Part shown: piece after piece, positions 42,701 to 54,100 of the stretch | Layout: every line of letters begins with the position of its first letter | Numbering within the stretch: the first letter of the stretch is position 1 | DNA from: Klebsormidium nitens | Lineage: Eukaryota > Plantae > Klebsormidiophyceae | Reading direction: 5' to 3' | Assembly: GCA_000708835.1 (NCBI GenBank) | Contig: DF236980.1 | Location: 98,890-162,889 of the forward strand | DNA: 64,000 nt | Program-made: the position numbers and the translations under genes | Notes under the pieces: generated by a model | The model's database searches: none | Told to the model about the DNA's origin: nothing | Seen by the model: only the letters and a program-made list of their open reading frames with translations

Positions 42701-45700
42701 GTTGCCCTACGCTAGTCACAAGCACCTCTCCATACTGTGCCGTGCTCAGGTTAAGCGGCTGCCCCTGCTGGAGCACGCCTGAGATTCTTGACACTGTCGC
42801 GTTGTCCAGAGTGGGCCCAGAGAGCGGGACGACGTTGGTGTCAAGCAGGATGCTGCCTTGCGCCACGTTGGTGTAGAGGATCTGGGACGGCTGGACGCCG
42901 ATGAGACCCGCGAGGTCGTTCGAGAACGACTGCACGGGAAAAATTTAGGATTTGTTTCTGATCGTCCAGTTAAAGAAGTTGACAAACATAGGAACAATCG
43001 TTCTGATAAGCTTTGAACTTTGAAGTTCTCGAGCGGAATATTTGGCAAAACGGATTTGTTTGTAAATGTCCACGGGAAGAGGCAATCATGAACTAATCGT
43101 TCTGAACTTCGACGTTCGAGCGGAGGGTTCGGCCAAAAGGAGTGGGCAAAAGAAAAAGCGAAGCGAATGGAAAGGGCTTTTGAATTTCCGCAGATAAAGG
43201 ATAGGACAAGAGAAAATCGTGAGGTCAATTGTCAGGAATTAAAGGACAGGAGGGGCACATGTGAGGAGTAGGTATGGGGAATCAGACAGAGACTAGACCA
43301 GGGCAAATCACCTGTTTGCTGCAACATCTCGTTGGAAGAAGGAGCTGTGTCTTCACTAAAGCAGAAAGCCAGAACAGGTCACGCTGAAAACCGCTAATTC
43401 TAAGCATAGCCAAGAAATACGGGTAGTATCTAATCACAGACGACTGGAGGAGGGGGCCGATGGGGAATTGATAAACAACACTTCAGTCGAGTCTGCCTGC
43501 TTCTGAATTATTTTTCAGGAGGCCTGCTCGAGTATTGCAAACCGTGGTCAAGGTCTCAGACTTCGAAGCAGTGGCTGGAGCCAAAAGATAAGAGCATTTG
43601 TGGTGCTAATCAACTACTCCGAGCAGCCAGAGAACGGTGTAACGCGCTTCTTAACCCGCAGCTTTGCACTCACCGACGAAAAGATCGTGGTCCAGTCCGC
43701 CAGGTTCCTGTTGACCATCCGGTAGCTGGCAGTGAGCGGGTAGTTGCAGCTGCAGGCAAGAGCGGTTGCCGCGATCCCCGGGGCCTGCCCGGTGGGGCAC
43801 GTGCAGACGGGGGGAGGGGGCGAGGCTGGCAGACAAACGCCAAGAAGAGCATATGAGAGTTCTGTTGACTTCGTTCAGGAGAACGGCTCATAAAGGGTGT
43901 GATTTTGCCTGGACCGAAGTCCCCAATTCTTGGATCGATGCGTCGAGTTTGGGTGCCCTTCAAATTCAAAGGAAAAGGGGCTTTTGGCTTGGCCTTTTGG
44001 CGGCGGAAAGCAGAGCTCTTTAAAGATAGCAATCTGGTCGACCAATGAAACTCGGATGAGGCACTCCGTCAACTAAAACCTTAGCAGGGACTAGCTGCTA
44101 CGGAGCTTTCGAACAACATGTGCAAGCCAACGAGCAACTGACATCGATCTAGAAGACATCCTTCCAACGTCAGATTGGCACTCTAATATTGAGCCCATAC
44201 CTGGGCCGCCCAACAGGCCACCAGTGGGAGCCGGGGGAGACGGAGTCGCTGCCGGGGGGGGTGGCGCAGGAGGGAGGGTCGCTACTTCTGGGGGGGGGAA
44301 CGCAGGAGGAAGAGTGGTAATGATTGGGGGGGGTGGCCTGACGTCAGGGGTGACGATGACAGGAACAGTTGGCAGGGGCGGGGGAGGGGCTCCTGTAAGA
44401 GACGAAAACTAGCATGGGAATGGTTTCTGAACTGAGGAGCGCAGCGCGGAGGCTAAGCTCAAGCTCAGCTGTCACTGTTACGGAGAGAGACAATTTTGCT
44501 CAGGGCACATACATCCAATGACGACTGTGCTTTCACGGATGGACCAAGTCAAAATGGACATCCTTCCAGTTGAGAACCTTGAAGCTCAGGCCTACGAAAT
44601 TGCAACCGATGGCTGCAGCGCGTTGGTGCCAAGACAGCAGCTTGCGCAGTGGAGCATCGACAACAGCCCAAGTGACCGTTTCAACATATCTAGGTAGGAG
44701 GGCTTCTACTGATTGCTTACAGGAAGGAGGGCTCCACTACTTGCTTACAGGAAGGAGAGTTCTACTATTTGCTTACCTGGCGGCGGCGGATTGGGCGGCG
44801 GGGGGGGTGGAAGAAGAAGCGGAGGCGGGGCCGACGCATTTGTTTCTATTGGAGGGGGTGCAGTCGCGTTTGTAGCAACGGGAAAGGTCACATTTGGTCT
44901 TGGGGGGGGAAAGGCGGGGGGAGGGGGGTTCAGAGGCGGGGGGGAAGATGCGTTCGTGGCGAGGGGGGGTGGCGGCGCGAGGAGGGGGGGTGGCGGGGGG
45001 GGTGACGACGCGTTTGTTGCTAGCGGGGGGGGTGACGATGCGTTTGTCGCTAGCGGGGGGGGAGGAGCGAGCAGGGGAGGAGGGGGGGAGGTTACATTGA
45101 CCGTTCCGTTTGTGGGGAGCGGAAGCGTTCCGTTGAAGATCGGCCCTGGCGCGGGGGCCGAGACGGGACCGGTGACGTTTGCAGTTGCGTTGACCGGGAG
45201 GGGCAGCGTAACGTTCGCAGCGTTCGGGCCCGCGGCCGTTACGTTGGTCCGGTTGGCAGACGGGGCGGGGGCCGGTACGGTCACGTTGAGAGGCAACGGA
45301 ACCGTTCCGTTGATGGCTGTTCCGTTCAGAGTGCCCGTTCCGTTCAAGGGGACCGTTCCGTTCAGAGCGGTTCCGTTTGCGAGACTCGTTACGTTACCCG
45401 CTGTGGTGTTTGTAAGAGTGCTGTTTCGGGAGACAGGGGAAGGGGCCGGACCCGGCGCAACTAGGATGGTGGCAGGGCCTGGCGCGGGCGCTCCGGCTGC
45501 CGGGCTCGAAACTGCAAATTGGAGGGGTAAAGAGGTGAGATGAGCTGGGCTCAGAACTTAAGAAGCGGGGCGGTTGAAAGGTAAGAACTTGAGAGAAACG
45601 GCATTATTTCAGTGGCGACTCGCCAAGGCAGACAGGCCAGGCCGAAGGTGACAAGACGCTGATTGACGTGCTCGAAAAGATCTCAGAAGCGTTAAGGATG

Positions 45701-48700
45701 GCCGTATTTAGGCTCAGGTCAAGGACAGAAGACAAGCTGAGAAGCTTCAAGACAGACTGCTCCATTGGGGTGTCGAACCATCCTTAAAGCGCAAACAGGG
45801 TAGCCAAGCCACGAGAAATGTACGCACTTATAGACGAAAGACTGCGAATGCCTTGATTCTCTCGCAATCATTGAGCTTCAAGAAGTTACCGGTATGTCGG
45901 TCAACAATCAGACAGACTGTTCTTAACAGACGCCACCCACTACCGTCCGACAAAGCTCACCGGCTGTCAGGCTTGCAAGCGCTGCCAGGCTCGTAGACGC
46001 GCCAGTGTTCCCTAACAGCAGGCTCGAATTGCTGGCCCCCAGGCACACGTAACCGTTCCCACTGAACCCGTTGCGGCAGGCGCACGTCAGGTTGGCGGTC
46101 CGGGACCCTGGGGTGCAGACCGCGTTTGCGTCGCACGGGTTGTTGGGGCCGCAGTTGCAGTACGCGCAGTCTGCAGAAACAGACGACACAGAGTGCAAAT
46201 TGTGCTTTTTTTGTTTTGCTTGCTTTTGGTTTCGATCTTCCAGTGTTTGCTTTGCTTTTTGTTCTTTGTTAAGGATACTTTCTGATCAGTAAGAGGCAGG
46301 CCTTCTCTGTTGGTCACTGGTGAATGCTCTTACCGGCAAGATGCTCGGGAGCTCCGGTACTTATGCTGGCCCAAACTCTAATTGGGGTCTTTCAAGGCTT
46401 GCTTTTGAGTGAGTTGCTTCGTCGATCGGATGCTGGCATATACCACAGGCCGAAAAGGAGCCAATGAATCACATGAAGTTTGAATCAAAAGGCACGCACA
46501 TGCCTGGACATTCGATAGAGTCTCTCACCTGTCGCAAAGACTCCCCCCACGTCCGAGATGAACGCCAGGTCCGTCGGTGCGACCGGACAGAAGCGCGTCG
46601 CCTCGCTGTTTGTAGACCCCGCCGCAAACAAGCTCGTTCCCGTAGTGGCGCTGTTGTTCACAAAAAGCTCCGGGCTACAGAAACTGGTCTGCGCGACGCT
46701 GTTCGAGACAGCGCCCCCCTGGGGAGCGGTGTTTTGACTGAAAGCGTTGCCGCTGAGAACAGTGAACGCGGTGCTCACAACCGCGCCACTCTGAGAGGCC
46801 CCGTCGTCGTGCACAGCGCCGCCGCTGACCTGGGAGGAAAAGAGGGGAAACGTTGAGAACAAGGCCCCGAGTGGACCCCGTGCTTTTACAAGAGTTCCGC
46901 GCAACTTTGACAAGGGGAACTTGGGATATCAAGCAAGGCTTATCGTGTTGTCCAGTGTTTCGAAGCTCTTGGACGGGTGAAATTTGGACAAACAAGCCAT
47001 CAGATTGGCCACCTCAGTGTCAGTCATCCATCACTTCAGCTTTTTGTGTGTCTCAGGCAAAGTCCTCCGCCCGTGCTTGCCAGGGGTAGGAGTTGCACCA
47101 GCTTGCTTCCCAGGCTCGCCTCTCTTTGCTTCTCGCGACAAGGGCCTGCTCTGTTTACGTAAGCTGGCACCGTTTTCCGAGGAGCAGTCGATTGTAACTT
47201 GCCAACTCTTGCACTCTTGACAGTCCCGTAGAAAAAGAAGTCGTTGTTCTGTCGCTTGTTTTCTGACCCTTTCGTACTCAGGTTTCGCGACTCACTGTGG
47301 CCGTATTTCCGGCAAATGTGTTGCCCCCGATCGACGCATTCACTGTCCGCACCCCAACAAAGATCGCCCCCCCCTGCTGCACCGTCGCTCTGTTCCCCAC
47401 AAACAGGCTCCCCCTCACAACCGCCGGAGCAGCTGTTTGTTGCAGGTAAACTGCGCCCCCAAGAGGCGCACTGTTTGCAAAGAAACTGGAGCTGAGGATC
47501 GAAGCAGAGCCCCCGGCCGCCTGGAAAGCACCCCCGCTGGCCGTCGCGGTGTTGCCAGTGAAGGTACATCCGACGAACGTGGCGTTCGCGCCATTGGAGA
47601 AGACGGCGCCGCCTGCAGCAAACAGAAAGAAGATTCTTTGGCTGCTTAGGGTCTCCGGATCTGTGGTTTAAGGGAAGCGTTTAGCTTTTATGAGAGCTTG
47701 AGTGGTTGATGTCGAGGTTGCGGGAGGAAAGATAGTCGACGTGGCAAGCAGACAAGATGATAGAGTTGACCTCTCAGACCCTCAATCTTTCCCAAGGCCG
47801 TAGTTGCAAAAATATCTTGTTTGTAAGCACCCTCCGTGAAACAGGTGTGAAGCTACAGGTGTGAAGAAACAGAACTCAGTTTCGACTACGAGTTTCTAAG
47901 AAATCTACGATGCGAGCATACCTTCATCGGCAGCATTGTTGGTGAAGAGCACGTTGACAAAGGTGGTTACGGAGTTGGTGCTCAGCAGCACAGCCCCTCC
48001 CGTGAGGAGGGTCCCAGTCTGACTGGACAGTGCCTGGACATGAACAGCAGGTGTAGATAAGCCACGCCCTCAAGAAATGAAGGGCGACAACCGTAACAAA
48101 TAATGTTTTGTTTCGGCACTGAATGGAGACAAGCAAGTCAACCTTCGAGTCAACATTCTGCTCATCCTTTTGTTTCTCTTTTGAAGTGCAGCCACGCATA
48201 CTTGTGCGCTAGCAACATCAAGGAAGGGCGTCAGGATACGACACACTCGGCCAAGGCCAAACATGACGACTTCAACGTTTCAACGGCACTGCTCCTGGAA
48301 CGAAACGCACGGAATTTCAACCGTGCGTTGCCAGACACCGCAGAGTCGGAGGGGTGCTTACCACTCCAGAATCCAGCTGCAGGTTTCTGAAAAACACAGG
48401 CCCCGTAGACGGCGCCACGCTAAACATCTGGTTGACCTGCAAAGGGTTGGACCAAGGTCTAAATGCCTGCGCAATCTCTGCTCGCGCCAGATTCGATTGG
48501 TGGCGAGTAAGAGCGAAGCGATGGTTCAATCTAGCCCTTCTGCCAAACAAACCACCACCACAGAGTGGTTCCAGAATGCGCTGGTGCTTGTCGACAGACT
48601 GAAGAAGTGACATTTTCATTCGATGGCCCATGGGGCCATGAATGTTGTTTCTCTAGCAAGAACGAGCTGGACAGTGGCGCTCACAGTCCTAGGCAGGGCC

Positions 48701-49955
48701 GCCGAGATCTTGCATCCTGGGGCGCTGCAGTTGCCCTGCACTGTAAGTGGCGCCTTCACGACGAGCGTGGCGGTGAGGTTGACATTGCTGCAGGCATCAG
48801 GCGCCAGAAAACATTCTATTAGAGCAGTGCTCTCCTGACTGGGATCCTGAGTGGGCTCTGTTAGTACAGTACATCAAAACTTGACAGAGCCCAAGGATGC
48901 AGAATACGAATCGTTCGCCAAATCCAACCCCGTCTTGGCTATCAACCCAACAATTGACCACCAGATATCGTGCTTTTGATGCATCAAAATGGTCACTGAA
49001 AGAGGTGGTACCCAAAGCGGGGGCTGAACCCAGCAACAGGAGTCCTTGTTTCCTGTCCACAGGCTCTTTGAGGAAGGCTAGTCACAGGAAGTTCAGAGCC
49101 GCATCAGAAAGGTTTCTTATCCACCTCCGGTTATAGTCTGCGACATCATGGCCGTGCAATGGGGATCCCTTGCCAACATTTTTGATCAGGATCGGACATT
49201 TAAGTCCGCCTCTAGTTTTACAGGTTTACAAGCTCGAGCCCTCAAGCTCCGGCAAAAGGCTAGGGAGATCTCGTGCTCAACTTATATGAGGTAACCTGGT
49301 CTTGGTGGTGGCAATCCAAGCTACAGCTTGAGGCCTCACCTACAGATTGTGACGACAGACCCTGACGTTGCCGCCGCTAGCGCCGTCTGCAGCGAAGACT
49401 CATCAGACACACCCTGACACACACGCTCAACTGCAATTCAGAAGCGCCACCATATTATGTTGCTTGTTGCTGAATCCTTCAAATGTTGAGTGTCTGGCAA
49501 GTCATGGGATTCAGTCTCACTAAGATGAACCATATTGCTCCATGTTCTCTTTAGCGGGGGCCAAGCTTCTAATTGGAGCGGAAATGCTGGGCATGCTCCA
49601 GGGGCTTATTGCCACCCAGCCAGTGGCGGCAGGCTGACAGCCTGTTTCACAAAGGAGCAGGCAACTACTTCTATGAGTATCGCATCTTGCAACGTTGAGA
49701 GAAAGGGCAAACATCTACAAGATCTCAGGAAGCTGCCACCTTCTCTAATAACAAGGTGCATCTCTTCACACACAAGCTCAAAAATGGTCATATGCTTACA
49801 GTTACCCGCACGCCATCAAGATAGCGCCTTGTGTTCTACTTGGTGTCAGATTGATCTGCATCGGCATTGCTCATCTACAAAGTATTCTTACCTTGCCCTG
49901 CAACCAGTCCAGCTGCAAAGAGGGCACACAATAGGAAACTTGCAGAAAGATGCAT
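36778..49955 (-). CDS. Receptor-like Ser/Thr kinase (RLK/Pelle, ALE2/extensin-like) with signal peptide, Pmp-like beta-helix, EGF, glycosylated Pro-rich stalk, Cys/SEA-like domain, TM and RD kinase; 22 exons, ~1342 aa
   Basis: Exons 49892-49955, 49340-49430, 48685-48787, 48362-48436, 47922-48033, 47296-47612, 46529-46829, 45961-46170, 44777-45511, 44201-44392, 43674-43825, 42686-42929, 41895-42167, 41343-41467, 40849-40914, 40085-40244, 39489-39643, 38947-39022, 38561-38565, 38203-38232, 37789-37902, 36778-37206 total 4029 nt with every junction GT-AG and in phase. Signal peptide [21 protein letters not shown]; [28 protein letters not shown] followed by RRKKRK; kinase motifs [41 protein letters not shown]. 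Confidence 0.9.
38561..38565 (-). other. 5-nt coding microexon (GCTAT) of the receptor kinase
   Basis: Minus strand ...gactgaccactgatttcgcccttttgcag|GCTAT|gtgcgt. It supplies GGC TAT (GY) between ...GGGACTTACG| (phase 1) and |GTGGCACCAGAA (phase 0). Confidence 0.88.
39798..39912. repeat. Imperfect tandem duplication, 66-bp period, in an RLK intron
   Basis: tgcttcggttag....acgaagctggcaagtcc.....ctgacaaatc at 39798 and 39864. Confidence 0.85.
44692..44779 (-). repeat. Three 28-bp tandem units, each carrying a GTAAGCAA donor-like sequence, at the start of the intron after RLK exon 9
   Basis: cttac (minus-strand gtaag) at 44716, 44744 and 44772; unit approximately (t/c)ctact(g)attgcttacaggaaggag(g/a)g. 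Confidence 0.85.
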
Positions 49956-50660
49956 CGCAATTGCGCCCCCTATGGCCCGCACAATCCCGTGCCTTAGGCC
50001 AGCTCACTGTTCTTCCTTTTCCACCTCATTCCCAGATACTCAACTCCCAACCAAACAATTGGAAGCACTGATGACGTCAATCTCGGTAGCTACTCAGAAA
50101 TAACAAGCATCGTCCCTTTCTACAGTGATCATTACAGATTGGAAGAACCCTAGTCCACCGCTTGAGCCAGCTCCAAGTTCCCTCAACTGTCCTACTGTAC
50201 TCTGTCTTATTCAGCTCCCACCACTCGTTCCACACGGCACTTGAAATGGTGTCTTCAGAGTCGTTTTCCTGTCGGCTATCTTCCTAACGTAAGAAGTCTC
50301 CTGATTCTCCTCTGCTGTGGAGGCAGAACTTGTGAACGAAGGATCTGTGGTGTGGACAGTGGCGCATTGCATTGCAGGAGATTTATGAACACCTAGGGTC
50401 TAAACTCTAAAGGGGCAGTCTTCGAGATTCACTGGACCAATGAGGAGCTCCCATTTTACCACGTGGTCATGGACTCCTGAACATGAACGAGGTCCAGGTC
50501 GCCACTAGAATTGTATCTACCACCCGGCATCTAAGTATTGGCAATGGTATCAAAACTTAAAAGTCGAAAAGGGAAGGCCCGGGGGGCGTCAAAATGTGCA
50601 TGTCGCGGCGACAAGCGTCCAGGGTGATTCAGAAGATACGTGGACGTCATCAACCATGAT

Positions 50661-50674
50661 TAGTGACGTCACTA
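50661..50674. promoter_or_regulatory. 14-bp palindrome TAGTGACGTCACTA in the divergent RLK/Sfi1 intergenic region
   Basis: Perfect palindrome with a TGACGTCA core; a telobox-like aaccctaa lies nearby at ~50713. Confidence 0.4.
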
Positions 50675-51176
50675 AAACACAGGGTTTGACGTACCGGTAC
50701 GATTCCGGCCGGAACCCTAAAACGCCACCTCCTTTGTCAAGAGATCCGGATGCAGCCGTCGAATGGCGCCTGGCGCAGGATGTGAGTCAGGAATCGGATG
50801 TGAGGGAGGCCAGGAAGATACTAATAGGAGGCGCTGGCATGGCGTCTCTAGGAGGAGCACACTTCAGGCTAAGATCTTACAGCCTGCAGCTGCAGTTATT
50901 CGTTCACTCACCTTCTGGAGAAATACATAGGTAATGAGCTCAACTTCTAGGGGCCTCACATTTTGAGCTGCTGAGGGACGAACAGATTTGGGATTATGCA
51001 CACCGTGTCCCGCGTTATGAAGCTCCTCGCGGACCGCAGTTCAGAGCTCGAGCTAAGGGATCAAGTAGCTGAAAAACAGAGCCATTTGCTGCATTAGCTG
51101 ATGCATTGAATTCCCTCAATGAGTAGATGCTGGACTAATGTGACTTTCAACGTTTTCTAGGACACTTCAAGAATAA

Positions 51177-54100
51177 ATGGCAGCTGAGAGGCATGGAAGT
51201 CTGTGGGAGGAACCGCGAAGCTTCTCTCCTTTTGCAGACTCACGTTACTGCAGGCTTGCATTCCTACAGGATGGGGCTTCGCAAGTGGCCTCCCTGCAGG
51301 ACACAGTCAGCAGTGTCATTCAGCAGCTCCACAAGAGAGTATTCACACTACAGCAACAGTGCGCCCAGCGAGAGGCACTCCTCAACGACACTATGCTAGC
51401 ACTGCGTCGCAGGGCCTCCAAAAGGCGTCAGAAAGAACACCAGGGGTGGGTCTCATACAGCAGGCTGCGCTCGCAGAATGCAGCCAATAGCGTGGCGCCA
51501 CATGGCGGGCTGGCAGGTGACCAGGCCTTGCAGAAGGTGGTGGCTGGGCTGCAGTTTGACTGCCAGGTAGGGAGTGAACTGTTGCGGAAGATGCGGTGTA
51601 AATGGGCCCTGGCAGCGCTGTTTGGAGCTCGCCAAGTGGCGCAAGCTCAGCGGGCGCTGGCGGAGGAGGCGCTGTGGAGGCAGAAGGGTAAGGAAGCTTA
51701 GGATTGCCCTCGCAACCGGTTCGTATACTTCCCGTTTTGATAGGAAGGTGGTTGGAACAGGAAGGAGGTTTCGGCAAGTACAAAGTGGTGTTGAGTTTGG
51801 AGAGGGCTTCAGCTGGGAAGAAGAGTGCTGGGCGCGGGGATATTGTGTCTGATGGCAAGGTGGTGTGAAAACAGGAGGCCTAGACCTTGATGTAGCCACC
51901 TGTCTAGTACTTTTCGATATCTGTGGACGGGTCAGAATGTGATTATAGCGCTTTTTCAGCAAGCTACCGGATCAGAACACTGGAAGCTTAGAGTAGGTCA
52001 ACCAAGTTTGAAAATCCTGTAGCCGAGAACTAACTTCGACTACTTTCAGATTAAAGCCAGTAGGTCTTTTGGAAAGGGCTGTGATATGGAGATGCCAATC
52101 CAACATAGAAATTCTCCTTCCCTCTGTACACAGCCCCTCCTCCATCCCTCCTTCTGGGCCCTTTGGCAAAGTGGTGTCAACACAGGAGGCCTGGGGCTGG
52201 AGGCAACCAGCTATCTATCAATCGCATTGTGAAGAACAGAAAACAAGGAGATTCTGAGTAACTACAAGAATTAAGAAAGAGTAAGAGCGTCGGCTCCCTC
52301 ACTTCGCAGAGCCCCTCCTCCGCCCCTGCTTCTGGGCCCTCTGGCGCAACGTACTGCGCCGCCGCACCAAACACACCGGCACTGCCCGCCCCCGTGCCAC
52401 TGCCCTCTCCTTCTGTCGGCGTCGCACTCTGGAACGCTTCCTCAGACGATGGATGGCCTACTCGAGAAGACGGATCATTCTTTGGGCGACGCAAGAGGCT
52501 GCGATGGAGAAATTGAGACGCAGAGTGCTGAGAAACGGATTGAGGGGATGGAGAGCTTGGCAAAAGAAGAAGGTTTGGATGAGGGACGCGGTTGAGAGGG
52601 CGCGCGAGTGGAAGGAGAGGCGGCATCTAAGGCTGTGCTTTTGGGGATGGCAAGGTGAAGCCGGCAAGAGGAGAACGTTGCTGGAGCGATTGATGTCCCC
52701 TGGAGCGAGGAACAAGGGTGAGTTGGCTACTAAACTTTTGTACTTCTGATGGTGACAAGGGGGAGCTTTCTTCTTGTAGGGCCTCACTTTGAAGGTTTGT
52801 CTGTTGGTGGTGCATTGATGGTTTTGGGATTGGACGATTGAAAGATGCAAACGCAGAGGGGTCTGATTGAACAGACACAGAGAGGCACTCGGTGCCAGGC
52901 ATCGTCGGGGAGTATAGAGCAGCTAGACGGCCAGTTTGAGATCTTGAGAGCCTATCTGCTCTCAGTCGTTTGGTTTTGGAAACGACAAAGGTTTTGTTCG
53001 ATGTTTGTTTACGACATAGCGGTTAAGGCATGGCCAGCACATTGATGCCTTTCCTTTGAGTCGTTCGCTGTGTTACGGCTTCAATTATTCTGGATCGTTG
53101 CTTCAAGTGAAGTGAGTCGTCTGGGGAACGATCTGGAAATCGTAGAAGAACTGTTATCCGAAGTTTGCGAAACCAGTGTTCGGTGGTTCGACCTAGGTCT
53201 CCGGCATGAGCTCAGCTTTGTTGATAAACGGTTGAAAGGTCGAATTGGACATCCAGAGGCTGATTGATCGGGTTCTACGATAACTCGGGGTATACCTGGT
53301 ACGTATCCTCCTCTGAGAAGCTGATCAAAGTTCCTTCTCAACTCTAGCTAGTGCGAGCGTCTCTTCCACAAACGAATCACCACAGCATCTCGCCGTTTTC
53401 AGCATATGTTGCATTTACTCAACGATTTCACCTGATCTAATAGTCTCAACGGGAACGTCCGTTCTGACCGTCCGCTATGCACTTTGAAGCAGGTAGCGAG
53501 CGCGTTTTCACCCCTGCCCACTACCACGCGTCCCCCTCATGGGCGCCGAAAAAAGCACGCCACGTGGCATTGGTCTCCTTCAGCCACGTGGCAGCCCACG
53601 ATCTCTCCAGCCCCAGGGGCCCTCTCGATCCGGGCGTTTCTCACTGGGCCGTAGCGCTGCTTCGAAAGATCGATTCTGCAATCGAGATCCGAACCGCTCA
53701 ACAGTCGGCCGGACTTGAAGATCTGCCGAAGGAAAAGCAAGAGTACGGTCAGCTTCGCTCTGTTTTCGCGTCGGCGTCAGCCGGGGGAATCCGGAGCAGC
53801 CAGCGGCAAGAAAACGAGATCACAGCAAACACGTCAGATCCTCGGACGGGAGTGTTCACAATGGAGGACGCGTGTGAGCTCTATCACGCTCGCTCTGTTG
53901 CTCAGAGGGCACTCCTCGCCTGGAAGAATGAGTGTGAACGCACTCGAAGTGCAATGGACTTCGCACGTGCGTCTGAAGAGGTTCTTAGAGCAACGAGAAT
54001 ACTTCGCGGGTGGCTGTCTAGCCTTCGGCGGCGAAAGAATGCCGCAGAGTCGCATTGGCGGGCGGCAGTGATTTTGAGAGTATTCAAACTCTGGAAGAAG

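Noticed and set aside
44713-45543. 276-aa Gly-rich ORF on the + strand
   Set aside because: Antisense shadow of the Pro-rich RLK exon; Pro codons give stop-free Gly runs on the other strand.
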